A stretch of DNA of 48,023 nucleotides, taken from NCBI GenBank assembly GCA_002269645.1, contig NIVC01004379.1:1-48023 (forward strand), read 5' to 3'. A model generated the notes under the pieces. It saw only the letters and a program-made list of their open reading frames with translations. It was not told where the DNA came from and made no database searches. Of the stretch, positions 32,130 through 48,023 are shown one piece after another. Position numbers and translations under genes: made by a program. The stretch comes from Macrostomum lignano (taxonomy: Eukaryota). Each line of letters opens with the position of its first letter. The first letter of the stretch is position 1.

Positions 32130-33929
32130 GATGTGACGCTGGAACTGGGACCCCTTCCCGTGGATTTGCCCTGGACAGTCGCCCCCCCCCCGCATGTGTC
32201 TTTTGTACCCTGGCCCCGTCCCAACCGCCTGTGTTGATATAGTAGGTACTATAAATATGTCGATCATTGCCAGAAATAGCAGTCGAGAATAGCCGATAAT
32301 TGCGTCTATAGAAACTGTAACAGTAGGAACTAAAAAACTGTATAAGGTACAACTGCAGTTGTCATCAATCATTGCTAATTATTTCGCATTTCTTGCCGGA
32401 ACAGCAAATCACAAGCAGCATGTTATCAGTGCAGGCACCTCTAGGAAAGCCCGGCCTTGATAGCAAGATAGCAAAACGAGACAGACGAGGCTTAATGAGG
32501 GGAGTGGGAATCTTCTGGGCACTGACAAGCCCAAAAGCAGTTATTTGTGCATAAATAAAAAGCTAGGATAAATAGAAGTGTAACTGCACTAGGTCGTGAT
32601 AAAAAATCGATGCACAGATTGAAGGATAAATGCAAAATCACTAAGAATGAATCGAACATCTTCTCCCCTGCAGCATTGACGCAGAGACAAATTGCAGACG
32701 CATTTTTTGCTACGCCACCTGCTATTCCTCCTTCTGCCACTGCTGGGACACCAATTTCATGAAAGTTGCAATTCAGACCAAGCTGAAGCAGGCAATCTCT
32801 GAATGCGATGCTGATTTCAATGGATTTGCCAGCGAAGCCGATTCTTGACGCGAACCTGGGAGTCTCCCAGTTCCTACCCAATTGACATTTTACATGTAAG
32901 AGTGAAAAATAAAGGGAAAATTGAAAAGATTCCTAAGACGCTCATCTGCATGTGAGAAGTGGCTTTTCAGGCTTCGCCTCGGAGATTCTGCATAGACAGT
33001 CTCCTCGTTTCAGTAGGTTATTATACATTAGATGAGGTAATTGAGTGTGTGTGGCGACCATCCAGTCCTTGGACTGAACAGCCGTACGCAGCCTTCAGAT
33101 GCGCCGCGTTGGTTGCACATGTGCCCACTAGGGCAGGTACTCGTATAATTCAGTATTAATTAATCACTTCAACTAAAATCCACTTGTCGTATATTAATTA
33201 AGTATAAAAGAGTATTTTTTGTTTCTAGTTTCGGTACTTTAAAAATCCTGGATCAGCCACGTGTTTATTTATGATTAAAAAGGTATTTGGACCATTCGGT
33301 AAAACATACTACCGTTTAGTAGTAGCCTCAAACGCGTGTTAACTTGTTTTTTTCTATCTTCGTGCAGTGTGTATGTGACGTTTTCAGTGAAGTTTCATAG
33401 CATACCCATTCAGACTTGTGGGCACCGATGCATGTGCAGTACAAGGACTACAAAAGTAGAAGGACGCAGCTATGTCTATGTTAATTTATTATACTACGTT
33501 AAATTGCACATGTCCTGTGCCTAAAAATCATGAAAACCGCTCAGCTGATTGGTTTTATGGATCTTTAAAACCAAAGATTGGAGCTGTGTCATGCACTTTT
33601 ATGATTTTTAGGTACAGGAAGTGTATTTTTGTAGTGTATTAGTGTAGTGTAGTGTAATCTCTGTAGTGTATTTTTCAGCGAAAAGTGGCCTTCAAAGCTT
33701 TTTCCATGAAACGTGAGTGTCGCGTCCTGTATATACGTTGCTTTAGTTGTCCTTGGTACAGTACGGTATCATGACTAAATATTTTCTAAGCGATATGAAA
33801 ATAAAACTATGATGAATATCGATCGATTGATGTCTGACAGAGCCATCTGTCGATCAAGTTTAAGCAGCATCCTGATTGATGTGTCAGGCGAATGCAGCCG
33901 ATTTTTTCAATACCGCCGCCATTCCTTGT

Positions 33930-34310
33930 CTACAGGCCCGCCTTGAAGACCACAACGTTGTAGGGCGGATAATTGAAGGTGCCGAAGGTGCCGTCTTCGT
34001 GCCCCACGTGGCTGAAATGCAGAACAATTGGACATTGGACACTTGCTGTCTGTCAGTCAGTCAGTCAGTCAGTCAGTCAGTCAGTCAGTCAGTCAGTCAG
34101 TTAGTTATTCAGTCAATCAGTCAGCACTCACCAGGCGTAGCTTCGTCCCACGATGACGTGCCAGGTCGGGGACAGCTGGTTGTCCATCCTGCTCTTCAAG
34201 AACTGCGCTATCTCGCCCTCGTCCTTGGAAGAGTTGCAGGCCTGCGTCAGCAAGGACTGGATTGTGTGCCGGAATTCGACACTGAGTTCTTTCCTTATGG
34301 GTCTCTCCAT
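33930..34310 (-). CDS. Dynein light chain (LC8 family), divergent paralog A; 2 exons, 86 aa
   Basis: Exons 34310-34132 and 34011-33930; ..EIAQFLKSRMDNQLSPTWHVIVGRSYAC|HVGHEDGTF..NVVVFKAGL*; GT-AG phase-2 intron. Confidence 0.92.
34052..34124 (+). repeat. (TCAG)n microsatellite in the dynein light chain intron
   Basis: Direct. Confidence 0.95.
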
Positions 34311-35038
34311 GACTAATCAGGTTTTCCAACAGCGGCTTGTATTCCCAACCTGGGCTGGTGGATGACCTCTGGAATAATCCTGTGGCGTTTTAATTTATAG
34401 CAATCAAACCAGATGCACCCGATGACCCCGAATAAGCCTGTCTGTCTGAGCAGAAGAGAACTGGTTTAAGAAATTGCTCGGAAATTACAGTAAAAAAACT
34501 CAACCCAGTCTCTCTTAAAAGCTGCTGCAGCCTTCGTTTGTGCTTTTGTCTGCTCAGCCAGACAGGCTTGTCTACTCCAGTGGACAAAACAAGTCCATTG
34601 TGCCAGTCAATGAGAGCAGATGAAGCTCTGAGAAGGTTTGATATTTCTCTGCTTCGAGGGCAGTCGCTTCTGCATGAGCAGCTTGCCTGCTGGGTTGTTC
34701 GGTGCGTTGGTGGTTATTGTAATAAAATTCTGTGCACTTCTGTTTCTCTGGTACGCTGCGGTCACTGATTTCAGTCTTAGATTTGCGCACTGAAACTGGC
34801 GATGGATGAGCACTGTCTGACGAGATGAAGAAGACAGAGCCGCTGTACACCCTATGTGAGCGTGCAGCGTTGCTGCGAGTCGATGAAGCCAGTGACGCTG
34901 CATCGATTCAGACAGCTTTGATAACAAGTTTCCAAGTCTCTGGAACTCGCTGACCCATTAAGCATGGGAACTGGATACCCGCACTGACAGAGTGCTCTGT
35001 GTCCTTCAAATTGTTGTGCACGCAAGTACACTCTAAAG

Positions 35039-35283
35039 CAGGGGTCGGCAAACGTTTTTACTTCAAGGGCTTCAAGGGCTGGATAGAGAATTTAGTGCAT
35101 GACTGCGGGCCAGATGAGAGGAGAGGAGAGGGAGAGGAGGGAAAAGAAGAGAGGTTATTAGAGAGAAGAGAGCTGAGAAGAGACGAGCCGCACTGCTATT
35201 GTGAAGTTCCAAAGGTACCGAGGGCCGGATGGAGAGGTTTCGCGCGTGGTATTTGACCCGCGGGCCGGAGTTTGCGACCCTTG
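35039..35283. mobile_element. hAT-superfamily (Charlie-like) MITE, 245 bp
   Basis: TIRs CAGGGGTCGGCAAAC / GTTTGCGACCCTTG; 8-bp TSD CTCTAAAG (35031-35038) vs CTCTAAGG (35284-35291); subterminal GCGGGCCG motifs. Confidence 0.82.
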
Positions 35284-35639
35284 CTCTAAGGCTCAGTCCC
35301 ACTGCCATCGAATGAGCCACCAGATCACACGGCCAATGTACAAAGGAATCAATTTTGATGCACAAGTTGTGTGTGATCACACAAAGATTGGCCTTACTTG
35401 ATCTCGGTGTGAACGATCAGGCCTTAACCCCCCACCATTGCGTTTGGTTAACTTTTAGCCGCTTACCCCCCTTCCCCCTTGAGCCATTTGCGTCACCCAG
35501 TGTCACCCCCTAGTCTACCTTGCATTCTCTACCCAGCGCTTGCTCTGATTGGCCGGCTGTGGAGACGGTCCTCAACCGTCGAGGGCGCCCAGCGACAACT
35601 GGACAGCTGGTTGCTGTTGCGGCAAGTGTCGGTCTTGTT

Positions 35640-36155
35640 GGGCCATTTTGTGCCGAGGCGCATGCATAGACAGGCGATGGATCGAGCTTCCGCAATGTGA
35701 ACAGTTCGTCTACCTCGGCGGTCTGGTTCTCAGCGTCTACGAGAATCTGCGGCGTCGCCGGGCTTGCCTTTAGTTCTGTGAGGGCGGCCGTGCAGCCCGA
35801 GGCCCTACCTGACCGTCAGAGGGCAACGTTACTCCAGGCGGTGGACGAGATCCCGTCCTGGTGTACAACCCTGAGACCTGGACGCTGACGGACTAGCTAG
35901 GTCCGAAAGGACCTGTTGGGCCCGTCGGCGACCCCAGCTCGCAGGCAACATCATCCACGCCGAGTCGTACCGCTCACAGCCGAGGCAGGAGGTGCTGCTG
36001 CTGACGCTGCAAGCACCCTACCGGCAAGGACAGCCGCGCACTCGGCGTTTCGTCGACATCCTGCTGGGCTGACGCCGGCGCCCCAAATTCCATCGGCGAC
36101 GCGGCCTTTGTTCGTGACCTGGCCCAGAGGCGCGGCCCTTGACGCTGCCATCTAA
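35640..36155 (+). mobile_element. 3' fragment of an RTE-like non-LTR retrotransposon (CpG-intact relative of 6560-9450)
   Basis: LPQCEQFVYLGGLV, VLVYNPETWTLT and YRSQPRQEVLLLTLQAPYRQGQPRTRRFVDILL align with the decayed copy at ~8815-9400. Confidence 0.8.
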
Positions 36156-36591
36156 GGACTCTCACGAGTATTTTGTTGTCTGATGTCTGACCAACAGCTA
36201 GCTGATTTATGTGGCTCGACGCTCTCTCCTCCACACTGCAGCCGCGAACTGATTGAAAGTGAGTCTTCTTCCCGTATTATTCCTTTTCGGGATCACCCGA
36301 CGCGATCCTCCGCTCAAGTTTCGAAGTCAGTCCGGCTAGCGGGCTGACGCAAACGCAAGCTCGTCCGCTGGGAGAGCTGGGCAACTCTGTTAGTAGACGA
36401 CGTTCGGATCACGCCGTCACAACACAATCTGCAGGTAGCAATAGCAGTCCAGTCGCATGCGCAGAGTGGGGGCGACGAGGGGTCGCGTCCCCTTCCCTTC
36501 CCAACTGTTACCCAGAAAAAAACTGCGTTCCTCCAAATATTAACTGAAACAGGTAGCCAAGCTCGACGAATGTCAAGAGCTCAACTTTTGC

Positions 36592-36860
36592 CCAAGAGAC
36601 AGGGGTAGGGTCTCCAACCAAGAGACAGGGGCGTCCACCAAGAGACAGAGGCGCCCACCAAGAGATAGGGGCGTCCACCAAGAGACAGGGGCGTCCACCA
36701 AGAGACAGGGGCGCCCACCAAGAGATAGGGGCGTCCACCAAGAGACAGGAGCGCCCACCAAGAGACAGGGGCGACTACCAAGAGACAGGGGCGTCCACCA
36801 AGAGACAGGGGCGTCCACCAAGAGACAGGGGCGTCCACCAAGAAACAGGAGCGCCCATTA
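36592..36860 (+). repeat. 19-bp tandem repeat
   Basis: CCACCAAGAGACAGGGGCG-type units x~13. Confidence 0.93.
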
Positions 36861-37819
36861 AGACACCAGATATTGGCGCCCCTCAGAGTTGCGGCCCCTC
36901 CAATTAAAACTACGACGTAGGCACTGTAGCAGTATAGCTAAGATTAATAAACTGTATTACACGACATGTCTGTGAACAAACAAACATGTTTAAAACTTTG
37001 ATTTCCATGTATTATTGAGAAATTGCAGCCTCTTGCCGACAAAACAAATTTAAAAGGCAGGTCTCTCTCTTCTGGCGTATGCGTTTGCGTAAGCAGCATT
37101 AGTCAAAGCATTCAAAATGCTAGATAGCGCTAGTAAAAAGCTTACTGTGTCCACTGCACTCGCACCCACCCTACAACGATGCAAATGCATTTTTAGCTTG
37201 CTTGGGCGGCTCTCTTGCTGAGCTGTGCCTTCAGCATGTTTGCCCAGCCGTGCCCTGCCGTGCCCCGAGAGACGCAGAACAATAGGCCACTCTGCATATG
37301 GTAGCTTTATCCACGAAAATATGCAAACGCTCGAATAGAATTTCATTCTCTCCTCCATCTTCAGGCAAGTTGGCACCCCCGTCAAATTTGCATTCTCAAT
37401 GAAGAAGCTTCTATTCATTGACAAGAGCGAACTCAAAGCCCCCACCCAGCCGCACTAAAAAACAGCGGCTATTGTGGCGGGCACAGAGACAGCTCTGCAG
37501 CATGCACCCACTCGCATTCTTGAGGCGGTGGTCAAGTCCTCAGAGAGTCTGGATGAATGCCGCTCCAGCCGCACAAGCCAATGGCGCGGCTCCCCGGGAG
37601 TTTAGCTGCAGCTAACCACGCGGCCCTAAGCCCCTGGCAGCATTGGAGTCTGTGCGAATCTCGCCAACCAATTAACAGGCAGATCGCGAAGCTAATCCGC
37701 TAACTCCGTCAGCCTACTTAAACGCCAACTGGGGGTGCGCCGGGTCGCCCCGCCGGAACGCCACTTCTCATCTGAATCTCGTCAAAAGAGCTACAAAACA
37801 GCAACAACAACAGCAAGCC

Positions 37820-38176
37820 ATGGAGCTGAACCGCAGCGATCTTAACGAGGACGTCCGTCGCGCTATCCAGGCCATCGTCAACGAGGTCTGCTCCGTCCAC
37901 AAGGACGAGGACGCCGCCGCGCAGAACATCAAGCGCAAGCTGGACGGCCAGCTCGGCTCCACCTGGCACGTGATTGTCGGCCGCAGCTATGCCTGGTAGG
38001 TTCAGATCGAATAAGACGACGCAAAACCGCAGGCAAACAATTTGAATAAAATTTAAAATAACGAATTATTTATTTTCTGCCATTCCAATTGCAGTCACGT
38101 TGGTCACGAGAAGAACACATTCGGCGTGTTCAAAAGCGACAATCTAAACATTGTGGTGTTCAAGGCGGGCCTGTGA
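37820..38176 (+). CDS. Dynein light chain (LC8 family), divergent paralog B; 2 exons, 85 aa
   Basis: Exons 37820-37995 and 38095-38176; MELNRSDLNEDVRRAIQ..AAAQNIKRKLDGQLGSTWHVIVGRSYAC|HVGHEKNTF..NIVVFKAGL*; missed by the ORF track. Confidence 0.92.
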
Positions 38177-39094
38177 ACTTCCGGAATTATAGATTATTCG
38201 ATGAACAACTGAAGTCAGCTCGAGAGGTACCGGGAGTCTCGTAGAAATATATTTGTTAAAACTAATTTGAATTCGATTCTAAGCCATTTCAAATCGCCGC
38301 AGTAGTGCGAATATTAACACTCTCCCATTTAAATAAACTTAATTTTTAACAACAATTATCTAGTTAATAAATAAACTACATTTCAAATTATTAGGGTTAA
38401 TTCAGTTATTTTGTTATTTTCATTTATTGCCATTCTTCTCTCAGCTATTGATGGCGTTACAAAGCGTTTTACAGACTTTGCAGACTTTTACAGACTGGCG
38501 TTACAGAGCACATACAATAAGCGTGCCAATACTGTACACAGGCACGCACTCATACGAACGCTCACACAGGGTGTACAGCGACCCTGACATTCTAATCGTC
38601 ATGCGTGTACACTCTGTGTCTTGGGGTTGGTCGGCATAGGTTTGAATCGCACGACAATTAACCACCTTCCAATTTTTGGTGCACAAACTCAAAATGAATG
38701 TCGTAATCGAACCATTGGCTGTGGAGTCACGGAGGGAGTCACAGAGTCACGGAGCTCCTGTTCCCCTCGAGAGGTGCGTTTCTTAATTTAGAAACAGGGA
38801 AGATTTTTGCATTTTTTGGTTTACAAACACTTAAATACCACTAAAAGTAGAAATACGAGAAAGCTAGTTTTTTAAAACGTTAAATCCAAAGAATAGCAAA
38901 AAGAAACAATATAAACTGTACCCTTTTGTCTATGGTTCTCGGCAGTAAGACTTTCGGCAACAACTCAAATTGTTTGCCGGCTGTTTTAGATTGTTTCAGG
39001 AAAATTAACGGAAACATTTGGCTATATAGAAAAGAATCGGAACATGGTTAAGACCAACAACAACTGAAGCAACGAGAAGGAGTAATTTGTTCCT

Positions 39095-39500
39095 CCGGTA
39101 ATGATTCTCCGGTAATGATTCTCCGCTAATAATTCTCCGGTAATGATTCTCCGGTAACGGTACCAATTCTCCGGTAATGATTCTCCGGTAACGGTACCAA
39201 TTCTCCGGTAATGATTCTCCGGTAATGACTCTCTGGTAACGGTAACGATTATCCGGTAATGATTCTCCGGTAATGGTAATGATTCTCCGGTAATGGTAAT
39301 GATTCTCCGGTAACGGTACCAATTCTCCGGTAATGATTCTCCGGTAATGGTAATGATTCTCCGGTAATGGTAATGATTCTCCGGTAATGGTAATGATTCT
39401 CCGGTAACGGTAACGATTCTCCGGTAATGATTCTCCGGTACGCTCGTAATGATTATCCGGTAATGATTCTCCGGTGCGCTCGTAGTGCTTCTCCGGTAGT
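39095..39500 (+). repeat. 14/20-bp tandem repeat
   Basis: GGTAATGATTCTCC units with GGTAAT/GGTAAC expansions. Confidence 0.93.
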
Positions 39501-39565
39501 GATGTTCACCTGGCGATTGACGGATGGGGATTCCAGGTGCCGTTGAATGGGCGCACGAAAACAGA

Positions 39566-39860
39566 TTAGAAACATCGGTGCGTAGTATGTTCCATCCTGC
39601 TTTCGAAGAGACGAATAGAAAAGCGTCTCGGATAATCGTTCAGGAATCGATCCAGTACGCGCTGAAACTCCTGGCAGAGCCCAGCAGCTAGCTTCTCATT
39701 GAGGAACTGGCAGAACCTTGTCACTTGAAGTTTTCGGCGAGTCTCGGTCGATTTCGGCACAGATTCATTCTCAATCCGGTCTAGCATTTGCAGATCTTCG
39801 CTAGTCTTCTAAGGTAGCGCTTCGGTACTGCACGACGAATCCAAGTTGTTAATCTCCTGA
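39566..39860 (-). pseudogene. Possible Crypton-type (tyrosine recombinase transposon) N-terminal relic
   Basis: TSEDLQMLDRIENESVPKSTETRRKLQVTRFCQFLNEK..LDRFL..YPRRFSIRLFESRMEH recalls Crypton/KIAA1958-type N-termini; recognised from memory only. Confidence 0.25.
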
Positions 39861-41326
39861 ACAAAGCGATTGCTCGACTCTCGGGTGACAGAAGCCAACT
39901 AGTCCGTGGAGAGACCACATATTTCTCCGCATATATCTTTACATTGGTCTCATAAAAAATCTTTATTCTTCAATTTCATTTTGTTCACCAGTCTCTCAAC
40001 GAAGACTAAATTTGCCTTCACGGCTTCACTCTGCCAGCGTAAAATATTTGACTGGTTCGTTGAATTTATTTGTGGGAAAGCTAACGCTCTAAGGAATATG
40101 TACTCACGATATAGATAATTCATATTTATATTAAATTATTTCAAAAATAAAGTAAAAACCTAAAAAAAACTATGCAATTAGCGAAAAAACTTTTTTCTTA
40201 ATAGAAAACACAGAAAAATTTCCAGTCTCTAACTCAAGAAAGTTTCTTGATTGTCTTGTACAAGAACTAACGAACTTTATTATTTATATGCATTACATGC
40301 ATACGTCTTAAGCTAGTAAAGTTTAGTGGATGTGAAAATTTATTATTATTATTATAATCTATATATGTTCAATATATATGTAAATATACAAATAAAATTA
40401 AGGCTAGATTCGACAAGAGAGATTTGAAGGTCGACTTTTCTGAGAAAAAAATCACGATAAAAACAGAATTAGCTAATCAGTATATTTTCAAGGCTACGTA
40501 AAAAAATTCGAATATTATGTTGATCTCCTAAAATGTAGTTATAGTTTAATTTTTTAGGAAAAATTTGCCTCGATGACATATTGAACGGATTCCCAGCTGT
40601 AAAATTTAGTTATCTCAAAACGAGTTTTATAATAAAAATATTGTTTGCTAGAAAATTTTCGGGCTGCTTTTGCACGAATAAAACAGCATCTTATTTTTGC
40701 AAAACCAGATTGAAGGCTCATATTTGAATTAATAACAATCCTATTTTATTGATTCTTACAAAGCTTTGTTTGCAAAAAGAAAAATTTTAAACCTATTTTT
40801 GTGCACATACCAAAAAGCATAAAAGACAAAATCAGTTGTGCAAAACTGAAAAACCAGCAAAACCACGCCCTAAAAAATTGTTCAAAGAAGCAAGCGGGTT
40901 TCCCGCCCTCCTAATGCTGGATATCCTTAAGCTCTATATCACATGTATTTTCAGTTTTTCGTTTTATCGTTTGAAAATGTCTCCAGAAGTAGAACAGATT
41001 AGCGAACAGATAATCTTGCAGCTAAAAATTTTACATCCGGTATTGATTTTGTTAACTGTGGTTCAACGGCCGACATGTATCGTAATAATCTTTTTACACT
41101 AGTAGCTACGAGAGTAAAATATAAAAATGGACGCTAGACGACTCAAACTCGTCGTGGCTTCGGTAGCATTTTATGAAAAAAATTGGTTGAGTTGTACAGA
41201 CTGCCCGCCTGCTTGCTGTGATAGACATCTTGGACTAGTTGTTCCTGGTCTCCAGTTCAAAGGCTCTAATTAAGCTCTAACGTAAGTCAGGGTGAGCTTC
41301 AATTTTTAAATATCGCTGAATCATGC

Positions 41327-47500
<6,174 letters not shown>

Positions 47501-47523
47501 CTGGAATAAGCTCGGACTGATAA

Positions 47524-47838
<315 letters not shown>

Positions 47839-47839
47839 G

Positions 47840-48023
47840 GAATCACTGCAGGCATTCACACAGACTTACTGGAGGCATTTACACAGACTCACTGGAGGCA
47901 TTCACACAGACTCACTGCAGGCATTCACACAGACTCACTGGAGGCATTCACGCAGACTCACTGGAGGCATTCACATAGACTCACTGCAATCATTCACACA
48001 GACTCACTGCAATCATTCACACA
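47840..48023 (+). repeat. 23-bp minisatellite
   Basis: CACTGGAGGCATTCACACAGACT-type units to the window end. Confidence 0.9.

Noticed and set aside
32130-32372. First 81 codons of the 1034-aa ORF as protein
   Set aside because: AT-rich and UTR/intron-like; Met 32129 directly precedes the TM helix. Left unresolved without transcripts
32492-32881. 129-aa minus-strand ORF
   Set aside because: No recognisable motif or splice framework
34390-34930. Several short overlapping ORFs
   Set aside because: No family recognised; probably repeat-derived
37050-37615. 131-aa and 65-aa ORFs upstream of DLC paralog B
   Set aside because: No motif recognised; likely promoter or TE remnant

Overview
Eukaryotic (metazoan) genomic DNA. 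GC-rich exons, minisatellite-filled introns and paired divergent LC8-type dynein light chains fit a free-living flatworm such as Macrostomum (inference). Left to right: (1) a ~4.4 kb TTAGGG-containing 24-bp satellite in the intron after a BAG3-like WW-domain exon (-); (2) a ~11 kb CpG-erased, TpA-rich block with a decayed APE-RT non-LTR retrotransposon and decayed exons, interrupted by (3) a young full-length 9.14 kb Ty3/gypsy LTR retrotransposon (452-bp LTRs with one mismatch, CTAG TSD, tRNA-Gln PBS) and a truncated mariner; (4) a complete 4-exon PDHB gene (+); (5) a single-ORF transmembrane-ankyrin-Mab21/cGAS-like protein (-); (6) two head-to-head dynein light chain paralogs separated by a hAT MITE and an RTE fragment; (7) the six 3' exons of an RYK/Derailed-like pseudokinase (-). 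Most interesting: a cold-shock domain between the Gag zinc knuckle and protease of the retrotransposon, plus an Arg-rich antisense repeat ORF in its 3' region; the membrane-anchored ankyrin-cGLR with an intact G-S..D-x-D motif; a sharply bounded CpG/CpA-to-TpA hypermutated domain (RIP-like signature); and reverse-complementary (GACA)n microsatellites abutting RYK splice sites, predicting a circRNA. All calls are by eye; no database searches were run.
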